A program made the position numbers and the translations under genes. The notes below the pieces were generated by a model. That model saw nothing but the letters and a program-made list of their open reading frames with translations. It was not told where the DNA came from and ran no database searches. From a phage, in the sequence record PX092659.1: DNA of 64,000 nt; one strand, written 5' to 3'. Below, in pieces: positions 52,307-61,272 of the stretch (positions within the stretch are counted from its first letter, which is position 1; each line of letters begins with the position of its first letter).

Positions 52307-52570
52307 TTACATTAAAACAATTTTTGCCGCTTGTTTTTTGGTACAGTGTTCCGCTTTCAGGGTATCCAGCAAAAAGCCAGCCGTTTGCTGATCAATCTTA
52401 TCAGCGTTATACAATTCTTGGATGGTGTTATAAGTTTTAGCAATGCCGTATTCTTGCACCATTTCGTGAATAATAACGCGATTAGACACCCAGCCTTGAG
52501 CGGTAAACAGATGACTAGCAGAAGAGTATGCAACCATTTTAAGCCTCCAAATTTTTGGGAAAATTTTCAA
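52307..52570 (-). CDS. hypothetical protein (87 aa)
   Basis: ORF in cassette. Confidence 0.45.
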   Translation of the reverse strand: MKIFPKIWRLKMVAYSSASHLFTAQGWVSNRVIIHEMVQEYGIAKTYNTIQELYNADKIDQQTAGFLLDTLKAEHCTKKQAAKIVLM

Positions 52571-52600
52571 CCGTCCTCAAACGGTGTAAAGGCATTATAA

Positions 52601-52629
52601 CAAAAAAGGCCGCTGATTATGGCGGCCTT
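52601..52629 (-). terminator. intrinsic terminator (minus strand)
   Basis: Stem aaggccgc/gcggcctt; on minus strand followed by TTTTTTG; downstream of the 330-aa gene. Confidence 0.65.
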
Positions 52630-52655
52630 TACAAAACTTTACACTAGGTTAATTA

Positions 52656-53648
52656 TTACTCGCTTTCGGTGCTAGTGGTAAAAGTAGAAATATCAATACC
52701 TTTCACCATTTCATCAATCATCTCAGCGATGTTAAAACTTTGCACCATTTCTAACATAGCCGCTTCCATAGCTGCACCCGCTACCGCTTTCGCCTTTTGG
52801 TTAGCAGGGGCGTACTGGTCAACCGCTACGCTCAGCAGGTTGGCAATCACTACTCGACCAATCGGCGTATCAATATAACCTTTGATCATGAATGGTGCTT
52901 TTTTAGCCGCTACTTTCGTGATTTGGGTTAATGCAATTTTACCCGCTTCCAGTTTTGCAGCATTTACAATAGCGGATTTATTAGCGGCAACGATGTTAGC
53001 AATCTTGGTCATGGTGTTTTTTCCTTTGTTTTCAGTAGTTTGAATTTTAACGCTTTGAGTGTTAGAATTTACAGCATGGTTTTCCGTATTGTCAATAGGC
53101 TGATTTTCATCTTTCCAGAAAGTAAAACCGGCTTCCTGTATCAGATCATTATAAACATACGGGTATAACTCCGACGGTAACAAAAAATTACCGTTATCAT
53201 CAAAAGCCATTACAGCCGCAAAACGATACCCGTCATAATCTGATCGATTCCATCCAACTGATAAATAACGCCAAAATGAATCGAGAAAATTTTCTACGTC
53301 ATAAAGATCCTTATCATAAGGCTCATAATTTTCTATCGTGAAAACTTCTAAGCTCGCCCCCGCATCATAGGCTTTTACTGTATTGCCTTTTACTACGATA
53401 AAATCAGTATCTGGCCCTCGACTAGTAAGCAAGTGAGATTCCTGATTATATAAAACAAGCGTTGCCCCTTGCTTATATAACGGTAGAAAACTATTCATAT
53501 TATAAGCATCATAATCATCAAAAAAGTTATGATGAATAGTTTCAATATTGAAAACAAAATGTTTGATGCTGGTTGTTCTGCTACCGTCCAGCAGGTTACG
53601 CAGCGCACCTTTTAAGATGGTTGCGTTATCTGGTTTATATAGCCTCAT
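52656..53648 (-). CDS. hypothetical two-domain protein (330 aa)
   Basis: N-terminal ~180-aa domain, polar linker, Ala/Lys-rich helical C-terminus; first gene of the cassette. Confidence 0.55.
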   Translation of the reverse strand: MRLYKPDNATILKGALRNLLDGSRTTSIKHFVFNIETIHHNFFDDYDAYNMNSFLPLYKQGATLVLYNQESHLLTSRGPDTDFIVVKGNTVKAYDAGASLEVFTIENYEPYDKDLYDVENFLDSFWRYLSVGWNRSDYDGYRFAAVMAFDDNGNFLLPSELYPYVYNDLIQEAGFTFWKDENQPIDNTENHAVNSNTQSVKIQTTENKGKNTMTKIANIVAANKSAIVNAAKLEAGKIALTQITKVAAKKAPFMIKGYIDTPIGRVVIANLLSVAVDQYAPANQKAKAVAGAAMEAAMLEMVQSFNIAEMIDEMVKGIDISTFTTSTESE

Positions 53649-53915
53649 TTGTTCGGCCTCCCTCGTTAATCGGTGAGTGAATGATAAAGGTAATTTTCTA
53701 ACATAGGCAAATATTATTTTACCTTTTTATTTTCCTTGCCTAGCGCCTAGTTTTATGCTAACCGCGCAGCGGTGCAATAAAGAGCAAAACACGGCGAAGC
53801 CACCAGGGCGACGGGTGAAGGCTTTACTTTAATATTGCCCCACCGCATTTAGCTCGTTAGAAAGCGTTTTAGGCCGCTTAAAATTGATTGCAGTTGTTAA
53901 CACTACCTTTCTACC

Positions 53916-54045
53916 CTGTATATTTATACAGTAGGATAACCTGTGGATAAGTCTGTGGATAAGCCCTTATATCGCCGCCTATCGTGTCAAATCAAAAAGT
54001 GCTGTGGATAACGTTGTGGATAACTTAAATAACAGTGTTTCTCAC
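53916..54045. repeat. right arm of inverted repeat carrying a LexA box and four DnaA boxes
   Basis: CTGTATATTTATACAG at 53916-53931; TGTGGATAA (reverse complement of TTATCCACA) at 53942, 53954, 54003, 54015; ends agtgtttctcac. Confidence 0.8.
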
Positions 54046-54213
54046 TAACTAATTTATAAAGTTATTATATCGTAAAACATAGTTAGTTGGCTAATAGGAT
54101 TTTACCGTGATTATGAGTCTGCTAACTAATCCTGAAAAACTCATTAGCTCGCTTGCTAACTATTTTGATATAATATAATAGAGATTAAATTAATAACATA
54201 AGGAAACAATTAG

Positions 54214-54732
54214 ATGCCTAAATATAAAGATATAGATTATGACCTTTTTAATAGTTACTTTTATTATGATGAAACAGCGTTATCATTTTTACGTTGGCGG
54301 GAGGATCACGCCGTCGCAGGTGGTTTAAATGGTAATTATTGGCAAGTTGAATTATTAGACATGGGGCAATTCAAAGTACATAGAATTATCTTTTGTATAA
54401 TGAATGGCGGTATAGATAGCGAGCTAATGATTGACCATATTGATCGTAACACACGTAACAATAACATCTGGAATCTTCGCGCGGTTGATAGTTCGCAGAA
54501 TAATTATAATCGTACTCCTAGTGAGTATGAAAACTGTAAGCGTGCTAATGGTATCCCTAGAAACATTTACGTTAATAAAGTTCGCCCCCGTGATAGTTTC
54601 GGGCGTGATTATTTAACTGCTCAAATTAAGAATCCTATTACTAACAAGCGTGTTAGTAAGCCTGGTTATGATTTACAAGAGTTATTATTATGGCTTGAAG
54701 CTAAAAAAGCTGAATTTGGAATTGTCAATTAA
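54214..54732 (+). CDS. HNH endonuclease
   Basis: VHRIIFCIMNGGIDSELMIDHIDRNTRNNNIWNLRAV...QNN. Confidence 0.65.
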   Translation: MPKYKDIDYDLFNSYFYYDETALSFLRWREDHAVAGGLNGNYWQVELLDMGQFKVHRIIFCIMNGGIDSELMIDHIDRNTRNNNIWNLRAVDSSQNNYNRTPSEYENCKRANGIPRNIYVNKVRPRDSFGRDYLTAQIKNPITNKRVSKPGYDLQELLLWLEAKKAEFGIVN

Positions 54733-55121
54733 TTAATTTTATAAAATAACTCGTTTAGTCTTGATTTTTAAAAGTCAAGACCTTTTTCAACTATTTTTCA
54801 ATTTTGCGGTTGTTAAATATTTGTTAAGTCAAAAATAAGCGGCCTAAAACGCCCTAGAACGCGATGAAAGTTTTAGCCATGCCATTGCATTGCCTACCCT
54901 CGTTTATCGCTACCACGAGCTTTTTAGATTTTGTCAAGTAGGGCAAGGCAAATAAAACTGAAAAAATTACTTGCCAACCTGCTGGGTTTTATGGTATTCG
55001 CGCGCCCGTTTCCTTTAAACTTAGGTGAGCGCCGGACGCGGTGCGGTGAAACTGTGTTAGCCATATTGCTAATAATTTTGGTATAATATAATAACCAAAT
55101 GAAACTAATAGGAGAATATTA

Positions 55122-55463
55122 ATGATTGAGCTAACAAAAGATATTGATTTAGAAACTGTACTAGATAATCTTTACTATGATGAAACTAGTCCCAGTTGCC
55201 TACGGTGGAAAGTATCCCGCCCCGGTTGCGCCCTTCATGGGGTAGCAGGTACTAAAAGAAAGGATGGTTACTGGTCTGTACAGCTCAATAAAGAGCGTTA
55301 CTTAGCGCATCGTATTGTGTGGTTATTATTTAATTATAAAATAGATAGCAAACTAGTAATTGATCATATTGATCGTAACCCTAGTAATAATTTTATTGAT
55401 AACTTACGGTTAGTAACTCAAGCCGAAAACAACCAAAATAAGGGAGGCTATAGAAAGGCGTAA
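55122..55463 (+). CDS. HNH endonuclease-like protein (paralog of 54214..54732)
   Basis: AHRIVWLLFNYKIDSKLVIDHIDRNPSNNFIDNLRLV...ENN. Confidence 0.6.
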   Translation: MIELTKDIDLETVLDNLYYDETSPSCLRWKVSRPGCALHGVAGTKRKDGYWSVQLNKERYLAHRIVWLLFNYKIDSKLVIDHIDRNPSNNFIDNLRLVTQAENNQNKGGYRKA

Positions 55464-55595
55464 AACTTACGTTTCTTTACAAAAATAAGGTTGCGCCATT
55501 TTCGGGAATCTCTTACTATTTATCACGTAGGGCGGCAATGACGAACTACACGGCGGGAAGTTTACCGCCACGCTCTTTAAAAATTGGGTACATCT

Positions 55596-55880
55596 TAAAG
55601 CCTATCGGCGGTAAACTTATTCATTATAAGGAATCGACGATATGAAACAAACTCTTTTGATCACTGGCAAGCCTAGCAAGGCACTAGATAGCAAAACAAA
55701 AAATTTGTTGACAGTAGCGCAAAGATCGATAAAATATCGATTTAAGCAGTACAAGAAAGGCCGCCAGCAAGGTCTAGAAATGATCTGGCGAAATATTATG
55801 ATTGACTTAAAAGAAAATCATAAAAAATTGCAAAAAACCGTTTGACAACCTAGCCGATAGGTTTTAAGATGTACCCAGTT
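55596..55880. repeat. 24-bp inverted repeat pair flanking a 67-aa ORF
   Basis: 55596-55619 gggtacatcttaaagcctatcggc versus 55857-55880 gccgataggttttaagatgtaccc (23/24 complementary). Confidence 0.8.
55642..55845 (+). CDS. small basic hypothetical protein (67 aa)
   Basis: ORF bracketed by the 24-bp inverted repeats. Confidence 0.4.
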   Translation: MKQTLLITGKPSKALDSKTKNLLTVAQRSIKYRFKQYKKGRQQGLEMIWRNIMIDLKENHKKLQKTV

Positions 55881-56076
55881 CGATAAGAGCGATAACTTGA
55901 TAAAATTTGACGGTCGGTGCTTACCATAATGCATCCCGCCCCCTAACTGGGATATAGCGGCCTACGTGGAGTTCTTTAAATCGATTATATTGGCGAGCGG
56001 ATTGTTACTTATTACCTGCTGTTACTTTCTAGCAGGTAATGCGGAACAATCCACCAAATAACTCGGAGTTTATATT

Positions 56077-56328
56077 ATGCAAAACGTTATTACCGCGCCT
56101 AAAATTGGTCAATCCGTCTTCATTCCTTTCGTTACTAAAACGGATGAATTAACCGGAAAGGCCGAACGCATTAAAGGTGCGGCGCTTATGCCGTTCGATA
56201 CAATCGACGCGGTATATGCTGAAACTGAACGCAGTAACAACGGCAAGCCTGTTTTTAGCGTTCGCGTTAAATCCGGTGACGTTGTAAAGGTTGTTCAACG
56301 TAACGAAAAATGGGAAGCTGTTTTATAA
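56077..56328 (+). CDS. hypothetical protein (83 aa)
   Basis: ORF with RBS; followed by hairpin atatccccc/gggggatat. Confidence 0.45.
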   Translation: MQNVITAPKIGQSVFIPFVTKTDELTGKAERIKGAALMPFDTIDAVYAETERSNNGKPVFSVRVKSGDVVKVVQRNEKWEAVL

Positions 56329-56427
56329 TTTAGTGTTAACTTTATATCCCCCTAGTAGTTCGGGGGATATAACGATTAACATTATGTTAATCTTATCCCT
56401 TAAATTAAACTAATAGGAGTTTTTACC

Positions 56428-56835
56428 ATGACTAACGTTAAAACCGCAAAATTTTCTTGGAATGAAGAAAACACCCAGCAGGCTGTTACCATGTATCAGC
56501 AGTTAATTAACGAAAACGGTTTAGATTTCGCAAATAGCGACGGTTTAAAAGAAATTGCGAAAGCAGTTGGCGCGGCTTCTCCCGTGTCCGTTCGCTCAAA
56601 ATTGACCAGTGCAAAAGCGTATCAGAAAAGCGATAAGCCGCGCAAAGTTGGCGGCGGTAGCTCAATCCGCAAAGCGCATTATGTGCGCGTTATTGCAAAA
56701 CATGCCATCGATTCCGGCATTATCAAAGACGCTGACGATCTGGCATCACTGGAAAGCGCAAAATTGGAAACGCTGGACGCCGTGGCGCAACTGTTAGGCG
56801 TTGCCGATGAAGTGAAACAAGCCGCAGGCGAATAA
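56428..56835 (+). CDS. hypothetical protein (135 aa)
   Basis: ORF with AGGAG RBS; followed by palindrome agtggggaatattccccact. Confidence 0.5.
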   Translation: MTNVKTAKFSWNEENTQQAVTMYQQLINENGLDFANSDGLKEIAKAVGAASPVSVRSKLTSAKAYQKSDKPRKVGGGSSIRKAHYVRVIAKHAIDSGIIKDADDLASLESAKLETLDAVAQLLGVADEVKQAAGE

Positions 56836-56891
56836 ATTTAATTAGTGGGGAATATTCCCCACTATAATTTCCCTTTGACTGGAGTTTTAAA

Positions 56892-57089
56892 ATGATCCTT
56901 TACCCCACTGAATCCCTCATTCTAGGCTTATTTATTATGGCGGCCTCATTATTATTCGCTTATTTTCAAAATGATTTAGATTCATATTATTTTAAGCGTA
57001 AATCTAAATTGGCAAAACGTTTAGGCTTACTTTGCTTTATTGCCGCCGTTGTTTGTGGTGTTAGTTCTAGTCTAATGCCGATTAGTTAA
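56892..57089 (+). CDS. small membrane protein (65 aa)
   Basis: Two hydrophobic helices. Confidence 0.4.
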   Translation: MILYPTESLILGLFIMAASLLFAYFQNDLDSYYFKRKSKLAKRLGLLCFIAAVVCGVSSSLMPIS

Positions 57090-57187
57090 ATGTTGCAAAT
57101 TATAACGCTGTAAATAAACGGCGTTATATTTGGCAATATTTGCCAATAACAAACGTTTTTTAATCCCTTTAATGGAGTTTTATTAAT

Positions 57188-58852
57188 ATGATTATTTCCG
57201 CAGAAAAACAAACCGTTATCCTGAAAATGGCCGCTGACTTTAATTTCTATGGTAAACGTCTGCGCGCCACTAAACTGGAGGTCTGCGACGATATATCAAA
57301 AGCGGTCTATGATACTACAAAACACTCGACCGCGATTTGTGATTGGTTGGAAGCAAATAAACCAGCGAAACCAAAAGCGGCGAAAGTAGCAAAAGCCATT
57401 AAAAACGACGAGCGCCCAGAAGCGGCGGGGATTGTTTCTAGTACCGTGGAACAATGGGAAGTAAAACAAGGTAAACGCTTTATTATTACGTCGATTCAGA
57501 ATAATACTTTCCCGCATAAAAACTTTTTAGCCTCGTTGGAGCAATTTGCTAAATATATCGGCGCTGATTTGCTGGTTAGCAAGTATATTTATAATAAAAA
57601 CGGATTCCAAAATGGCGAGGGTGCAGATGGAATAAAATATGATTCCGCGTTCGATAAATATATTTGCAGCAAAAACGTGTTTTTGAATAATCGCCGTTTT
57701 GCTTTCATGGCTGAAATTAACGTTTTGCCCACCGCAGATTATCCGCTTTCTGGATTCGCTGAAACTGCAACCGCGCTTAATCTGGAAGGTCTGGCAATTG
57801 GAGCGGCTAAAATCACCGCCGAAAGCGTGCCAGCTTTAAAAGGTGAAATTGTGCGCCGCATGTATTCAACCGGAACGGCAACGCTCAAAAACTACATTCA
57901 GCAGAAAGCAGGGCAAAAAGCCGAAGCATTGCATAATTACGGTGCGCTTATTGTCGAGTTTGATGAGGACGGTGAATTTTTTGTTCGCCAGCTTGAAACG
58001 ATGGACGAAAGCGGCATGTTTTATGATCTGAATATCTGCGCGACCCCCGCCGGATGTTTTGAAACGTCCGATCATGTTTTAGGCTTGCAATATGGCGATA
58101 TTCACGCCGAAAAATTAGATGATGATTGTGCCGTTGCGTCATGGGCTGGCGAAAATAGCTTGCTTGATATTCTCAAGCCTAAATATCAGTTTATCCATGA
58201 CGTGCATGATTTCACATCACGCAACCATCATAACCGTGCGTCAGGTGTATTCCTAGCGAAACAGTATGCAGCCGGACGTGATAAAGTTCTGGATGATCTT
58301 ATCGATACCGGTCGCGTGCTGGAATCAATGGAACGCGATTTTAGCCAAACAATCATTGTTGAATCGAATCACGATTTGGCGCTATCCCGTTGGCTTGATG
58401 ATCGTAATGCTAACATTAAAGACGATCCAGCCAATGCGGAACTATATCACCGCCTAAATGCTGCGATTTATGGAGCTATTGCAAAGCAGGATGATACTTT
58501 CAACGTGCTAGATTATGCGCTGCGTAAGGTTGCAGGTTGTGAGTTTAACGCCATTTTCCTAACGACTGACCAATCTTTCAAGATTGCAGGCATTGAATGC
58601 GGCGTACACGGTCACAACGGCATAAACGGCAGCCGTGGCAATCCGAAACAGTTTAAGAAATTGGGTAAACTGAACACGGGGCACACTCACACCGCCAGCA
58701 TTTACGGCGGGGTATACACCGCTGGCGTGGCTGGTAGTCTGGATATGGGTTACAACGTTGGCGCGTCAAGCTGGACGCAAACGCATTTAATTACATATGC
58801 AAACGGTCAGCGCACTTTGATCGACTTTAAAAACGGTAAATTCTTTGCCTAA
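57188..58852 (+). CDS. A1: pre-early A1-like protein, predicted metallophosphatase/nuclease
   Basis: 554 aa; GDIH, HDVHD, ESNHD, GVHGHNG, GHTH phosphoesterase motifs; position and size match phage T5 A1. Confidence 0.65.
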   Translation: MIISAEKQTVILKMAADFNFYGKRLRATKLEVCDDISKAVYDTTKHSTAICDWLEANKPAKPKAAKVAKAIKNDERPEAAGIVSSTVEQWEVKQGKRFIITSIQNNTFPHKNFLASLEQFAKYIGADLLVSKYIYNKNGFQNGEGADGIKYDSAFDKYICSKNVFLNNRRFAFMAEINVLPTADYPLSGFAETATALNLEGLAIGAAKITAESVPALKGEIVRRMYSTGTATLKNYIQQKAGQKAEALHNYGALIVEFDEDGEFFVRQLETMDESGMFYDLNICATPAGCFETSDHVLGLQYGDIHAEKLDDDCAVASWAGENSLLDILKPKYQFIHDVHDFTSRNHHNRASGVFLAKQYAAGRDKVLDDLIDTGRVLESMERDFSQTIIVESNHDLALSRWLDDRNANIKDDPANAELYHRLNAAIYGAIAKQDDTFNVLDYALRKVAGCEFNAIFLTTDQSFKIAGIECGVHGHNGINGSRGNPKQFKKLGKLNTGHTHTASIYGGVYTAGVAGSLDMGYNVGASSWTQTHLITYANGQRTLIDFKNGKFFA

Positions 58853-58919
58853 TTAAATTTATAAGCTGGGAATATTCCCAGCTTAAACGCCTTATTAAAT
58901 TAATTGGAGTTATATAAGT

Positions 58920-59312
58920 ATGAAAAAGCAAAATATTCCATTCGATCGCGCTCAATCTTCCATTGTTCTGGTTTATTCTAATGGCGAACGTTACCACGTC
59001 GAGGCGGGGCACGTTATTGATGAGCTATTGGACTTTAACGACGCCTTGCAGGTTACTACCTTTGCATATATGCAAGGTAAACTAACCAGCCATATTAAGG
59101 CAAAAGGCGTTTATGTTGACACGGTGAAACAAGAAACGATTATCATCGACTCCGTAAAATCCGGCCTAGCCTTTGCAGTTGTCGCGCCTTGCCCCGCTTG
59201 CCCCGATGATCAATTGACCAGCGCAAAGGTATATACCTGCGCGGGCATTCGTTCCGGTGTATCTGGTGAAGATATTAGTTTTATTGCTGATGCGTTGGCG
59301 TATGGTCTTTAA
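58920..59312 (+). CDS. A2: pre-early A2-like protein
   Basis: 130 aa immediately downstream of the A1-like gene; assigned by position and size only. Confidence 0.45.
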   Translation: MKKQNIPFDRAQSSIVLVYSNGERYHVEAGHVIDELLDFNDALQVTTFAYMQGKLTSHIKAKGVYVDTVKQETIIIDSVKSGLAFAVVAPCPACPDDQLTSAKVYTCAGIRSGVSGEDISFIADALAYGL

Positions 59313-59392
59313 TAGTTGATTTATTATTGCCCGCTATTTATAAGCGGGCAATGCTGGATAAACTAAATCCCTTAAATGGAGAACGTAACAAA

Positions 59393-60127
59393 ATGAATCA
59401 AGTTAAAACGAATATTACCCGTAATTTCCCGCATATTTCCCGCGTCATGATTTGGGATCTGGACGGCACTATCATTAATTCTTTCCATCGCGTAGCGCCT
59501 TGCTTTGATAGCGAGGGCAATTTAGATTTAAATAAGTATAAAAATGAAGCCTGCAAACATGATTTAATAATGCAAGATACACTATTGCCCCTTGTTACAT
59601 ATATGCGCCAGTGCATGAATGACGCAAATACTTTAAACATTATTTGCACCGCTCGACTAATGAGCAAGTCGGACTATTATTATTTGCGCAAACAAGGCTT
59701 GCGCGGTCGTGGTAATAGTAATATCCGCGTGTTTTCCCGTGATACACTGCATAAATATTTTGAGGCTGATAAAGTTAGCGAGATATACCACAGCAAAGAC
59801 GCAGTTTATAAAAGTTACTATTTTGGGCTATTCAAACAATTATATCCGAACGCTGATTTTACAATGATTGATGATCATAAAGGCGTGCTATCAGCGGCAG
59901 CGTCATACGGATTTAAAACGCTGGACGCGCAAGCCGTTAATGATATTCTATCGATCGGCGTTACATTGATAGGTGAAACCTTTATTGATGAATCTCTTGA
60001 GGATGATAATGATTATCAGTTCCTAGCCGATCGCTTGCAATTATGTTGGGAAAGTATGACCGAAGAAGAACGCGCAGAATATAGTTGCAGCCCGCAACAA
60101 TATATTGAGAAATTAAAAGTTGCGTAA
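59393..60127 (+). CDS. dmp: HAD-family 5'-deoxyribonucleotidase-like protein
   Basis: HAD motif I WDLDGTIIN; 244 aa from ATG 59393 (listed ORF starts further upstream at 59327). Confidence 0.65.
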   Translation: MNQVKTNITRNFPHISRVMIWDLDGTIINSFHRVAPCFDSEGNLDLNKYKNEACKHDLIMQDTLLPLVTYMRQCMNDANTLNIICTARLMSKSDYYYLRKQGLRGRGNSNIRVFSRDTLHKYFEADKVSEIYHSKDAVYKSYYFGLFKQLYPNADFTMIDDHKGVLSAAASYGFKTLDAQAVNDILSIGVTLIGETFIDESLEDDNDYQFLADRLQLCWESMTEEERAEYSCSPQQYIEKLKVA

Positions 60128-60144
60128 TAATTAAAGTTGAAATT

Positions 60145-60181
60145 GTTTCACCCTGCAATTAAAATGGTTGCAGGGTGAAAC
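60145..60181 (+). terminator. strong hairpin (possible terminator) after the dmp-like gene
   Basis: Perfect 14-bp stem gtttcaccctgcaa/ttgcagggtgaaac with 9-nt loop; no clear T-run. Confidence 0.45.
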
Positions 60182-60291
60182 AGTTAGCATGGTAATAGTA
60201 ACGGGGGTGGCGGTTAGCAGACTAAGTATTTTCGCCGGAGGCAGTGAGCACACCCTCATGTGTAATCTTATGAAATTTGGCAAAAGTCAAA

Positions 60292-60537
60292 TTAGCGCAT
60301 AGAAGGGTCATCAAACCTGTGTTCTGGTCTGAACTCACGGAATCTCTTCCGCGACGCCCGAGAACCATCCGACCACTCCCGTTCAAACTCCGCACGTTTC
60401 TCCGAGAATCTCCGCTCTCTTTCCGCAATCTCCCGCGATACTTCCGCAATATATTTACGATGCTTGTTAATAGCCGCAGTCATTCCGAAAACTCCCGCGA
60501 TTATCCCGATAATAAAAGCAACTATAATACTAAACAT
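60292..60537 (-). CDS. small membrane protein (81 aa), last of tandem array
   Basis: N-terminal TM helix MFSIIVAFIIGIIAGVFGM then R/E-rich tail. Confidence 0.45.
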   Translation of the reverse strand: MFSIIVAFIIGIIAGVFGMTAAINKHRKYIAEVSREIAERERRFSEKRAEFEREWSDGSRASRKRFREFRPEHRFDDPSMR

Positions 60538-60724
60538 CTAATTCCCTCTCAATTTGCAGAATACGGGTACTATCACAACGTTGAAGTTCTACTAATTTTT
60601 CTATAGCAAATTGTTGCTGCTTTACCTGGGCCTCTAGAGTTTTTAGACGAACATACGCGGTATAAGAAACAATGAAAATTGCCCAGACTAGTATTACTAT
60701 TAGTGTAGCTGCCACTTCCATCAT
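60530..60724 (-). CDS. small membrane protein (64 aa)
   Basis: N-terminal TM helix then coiled-coil tail; ATG overlaps upstream stop. Confidence 0.45.
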   Translation of the reverse strand: MMEVAATLIVILVWAIFIVSYTAYVRLKTLEAQVKQQQFAIEKLVELQRCDSTRILQIERELDV

Positions 60725-60828
60725 TTACGTTTCTCCAGTAATAAGGTTTCAACTCTAGCTAAGTGATTATCTAAAATACATTGCCCGATAATCACAATCC
60801 CTAGTAATGCAATAATTACCCATTCCAT
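60721..60828 (-). CDS. small membrane protein (35 aa)
   Basis: Hand-translated MEWVIIALLGIVIIGQCILDNHLARVETLLLEKRK; ATG overlaps stop of upstream ORF. Confidence 0.3.
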   Translation of the reverse strand: MEWVIIALLGIVIIGQCILDNHLARVETLLLEKRK

Positions 60829-60983
60829 TATTTACGCTCCTCTAATAAAATTTCAATCCTAGATAATCTGTTACTCAACTGTACTAATTTAACTTCTACT
60901 TGTGTTATAGAGGTATCTATTACACGTAAGCCTACAAAGAGAAGTATCAGTAAGACGAATATGCCAATAATTACCCATTCCAT
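60828..60983 (-). CDS. small membrane protein (51 aa)
   Basis: Listed ORF 60828..61013 trimmed to MEWVIIGIFVLLILLFVGL..., paralogous to 60721..60828. Confidence 0.4.
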   Translation of the reverse strand: MEWVIIGIFVLLILLFVGLRVIDTSITQVEVKLVQLSNRLSRIEILLEERK

Positions 60984-61111
60984 TAAATCCACCCCGCCAT
61001 AGCTGCTAACCAAAAACCTACGAAAATAAAGAATAGGATAGTTCCGAATCCAAAGCTATTAATCCAACTATCGTACACTTCTCCGCGTCTATTCTTTCTT
61101 TTATTTGACAT
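60983..61111 (-). CDS. small membrane protein (42 aa), first of tandem array
   Basis: Hand-translated MSNKRKNRRGEVYDSWINSFGFGTILFFIFVGFWLAAMAGWI; GGAG RBS upstream on minus strand. Confidence 0.3.
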   Translation of the reverse strand: MSNKRKNRRGEVYDSWINSFGFGTILFFIFVGFWLAAMAGWI

Positions 61112-61272
61112 GTCTTTCATACTCCTGTAAATGTTGTATTTGGAATATTCTAGCAATTGCACGAGTCATAACATTTTATCTTATATGGTGTTCTGAATGA
61201 CCTCAATTGCATTGTGAACTAGTTTTGACCTAGGATCCACCCCGGTACACATTCCTGGAAAGATTTTTCCTG

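Noticed and set aside
52669-52878. Plus-strand ORF inside the 330-aa minus-strand gene
   Set aside because: Antisense, Ala/Ile-rich low-complexity translation of the opposite-strand helical domain
51100-53915. Transposon or insertion sequence inside the inverted repeats
   Set aside because: None of the six enclosed ORFs shows DDE, serine or tyrosine recombinase motifs by inspection, so a classical transposon is not supported; the inverted-repeat observation is kept as a finding
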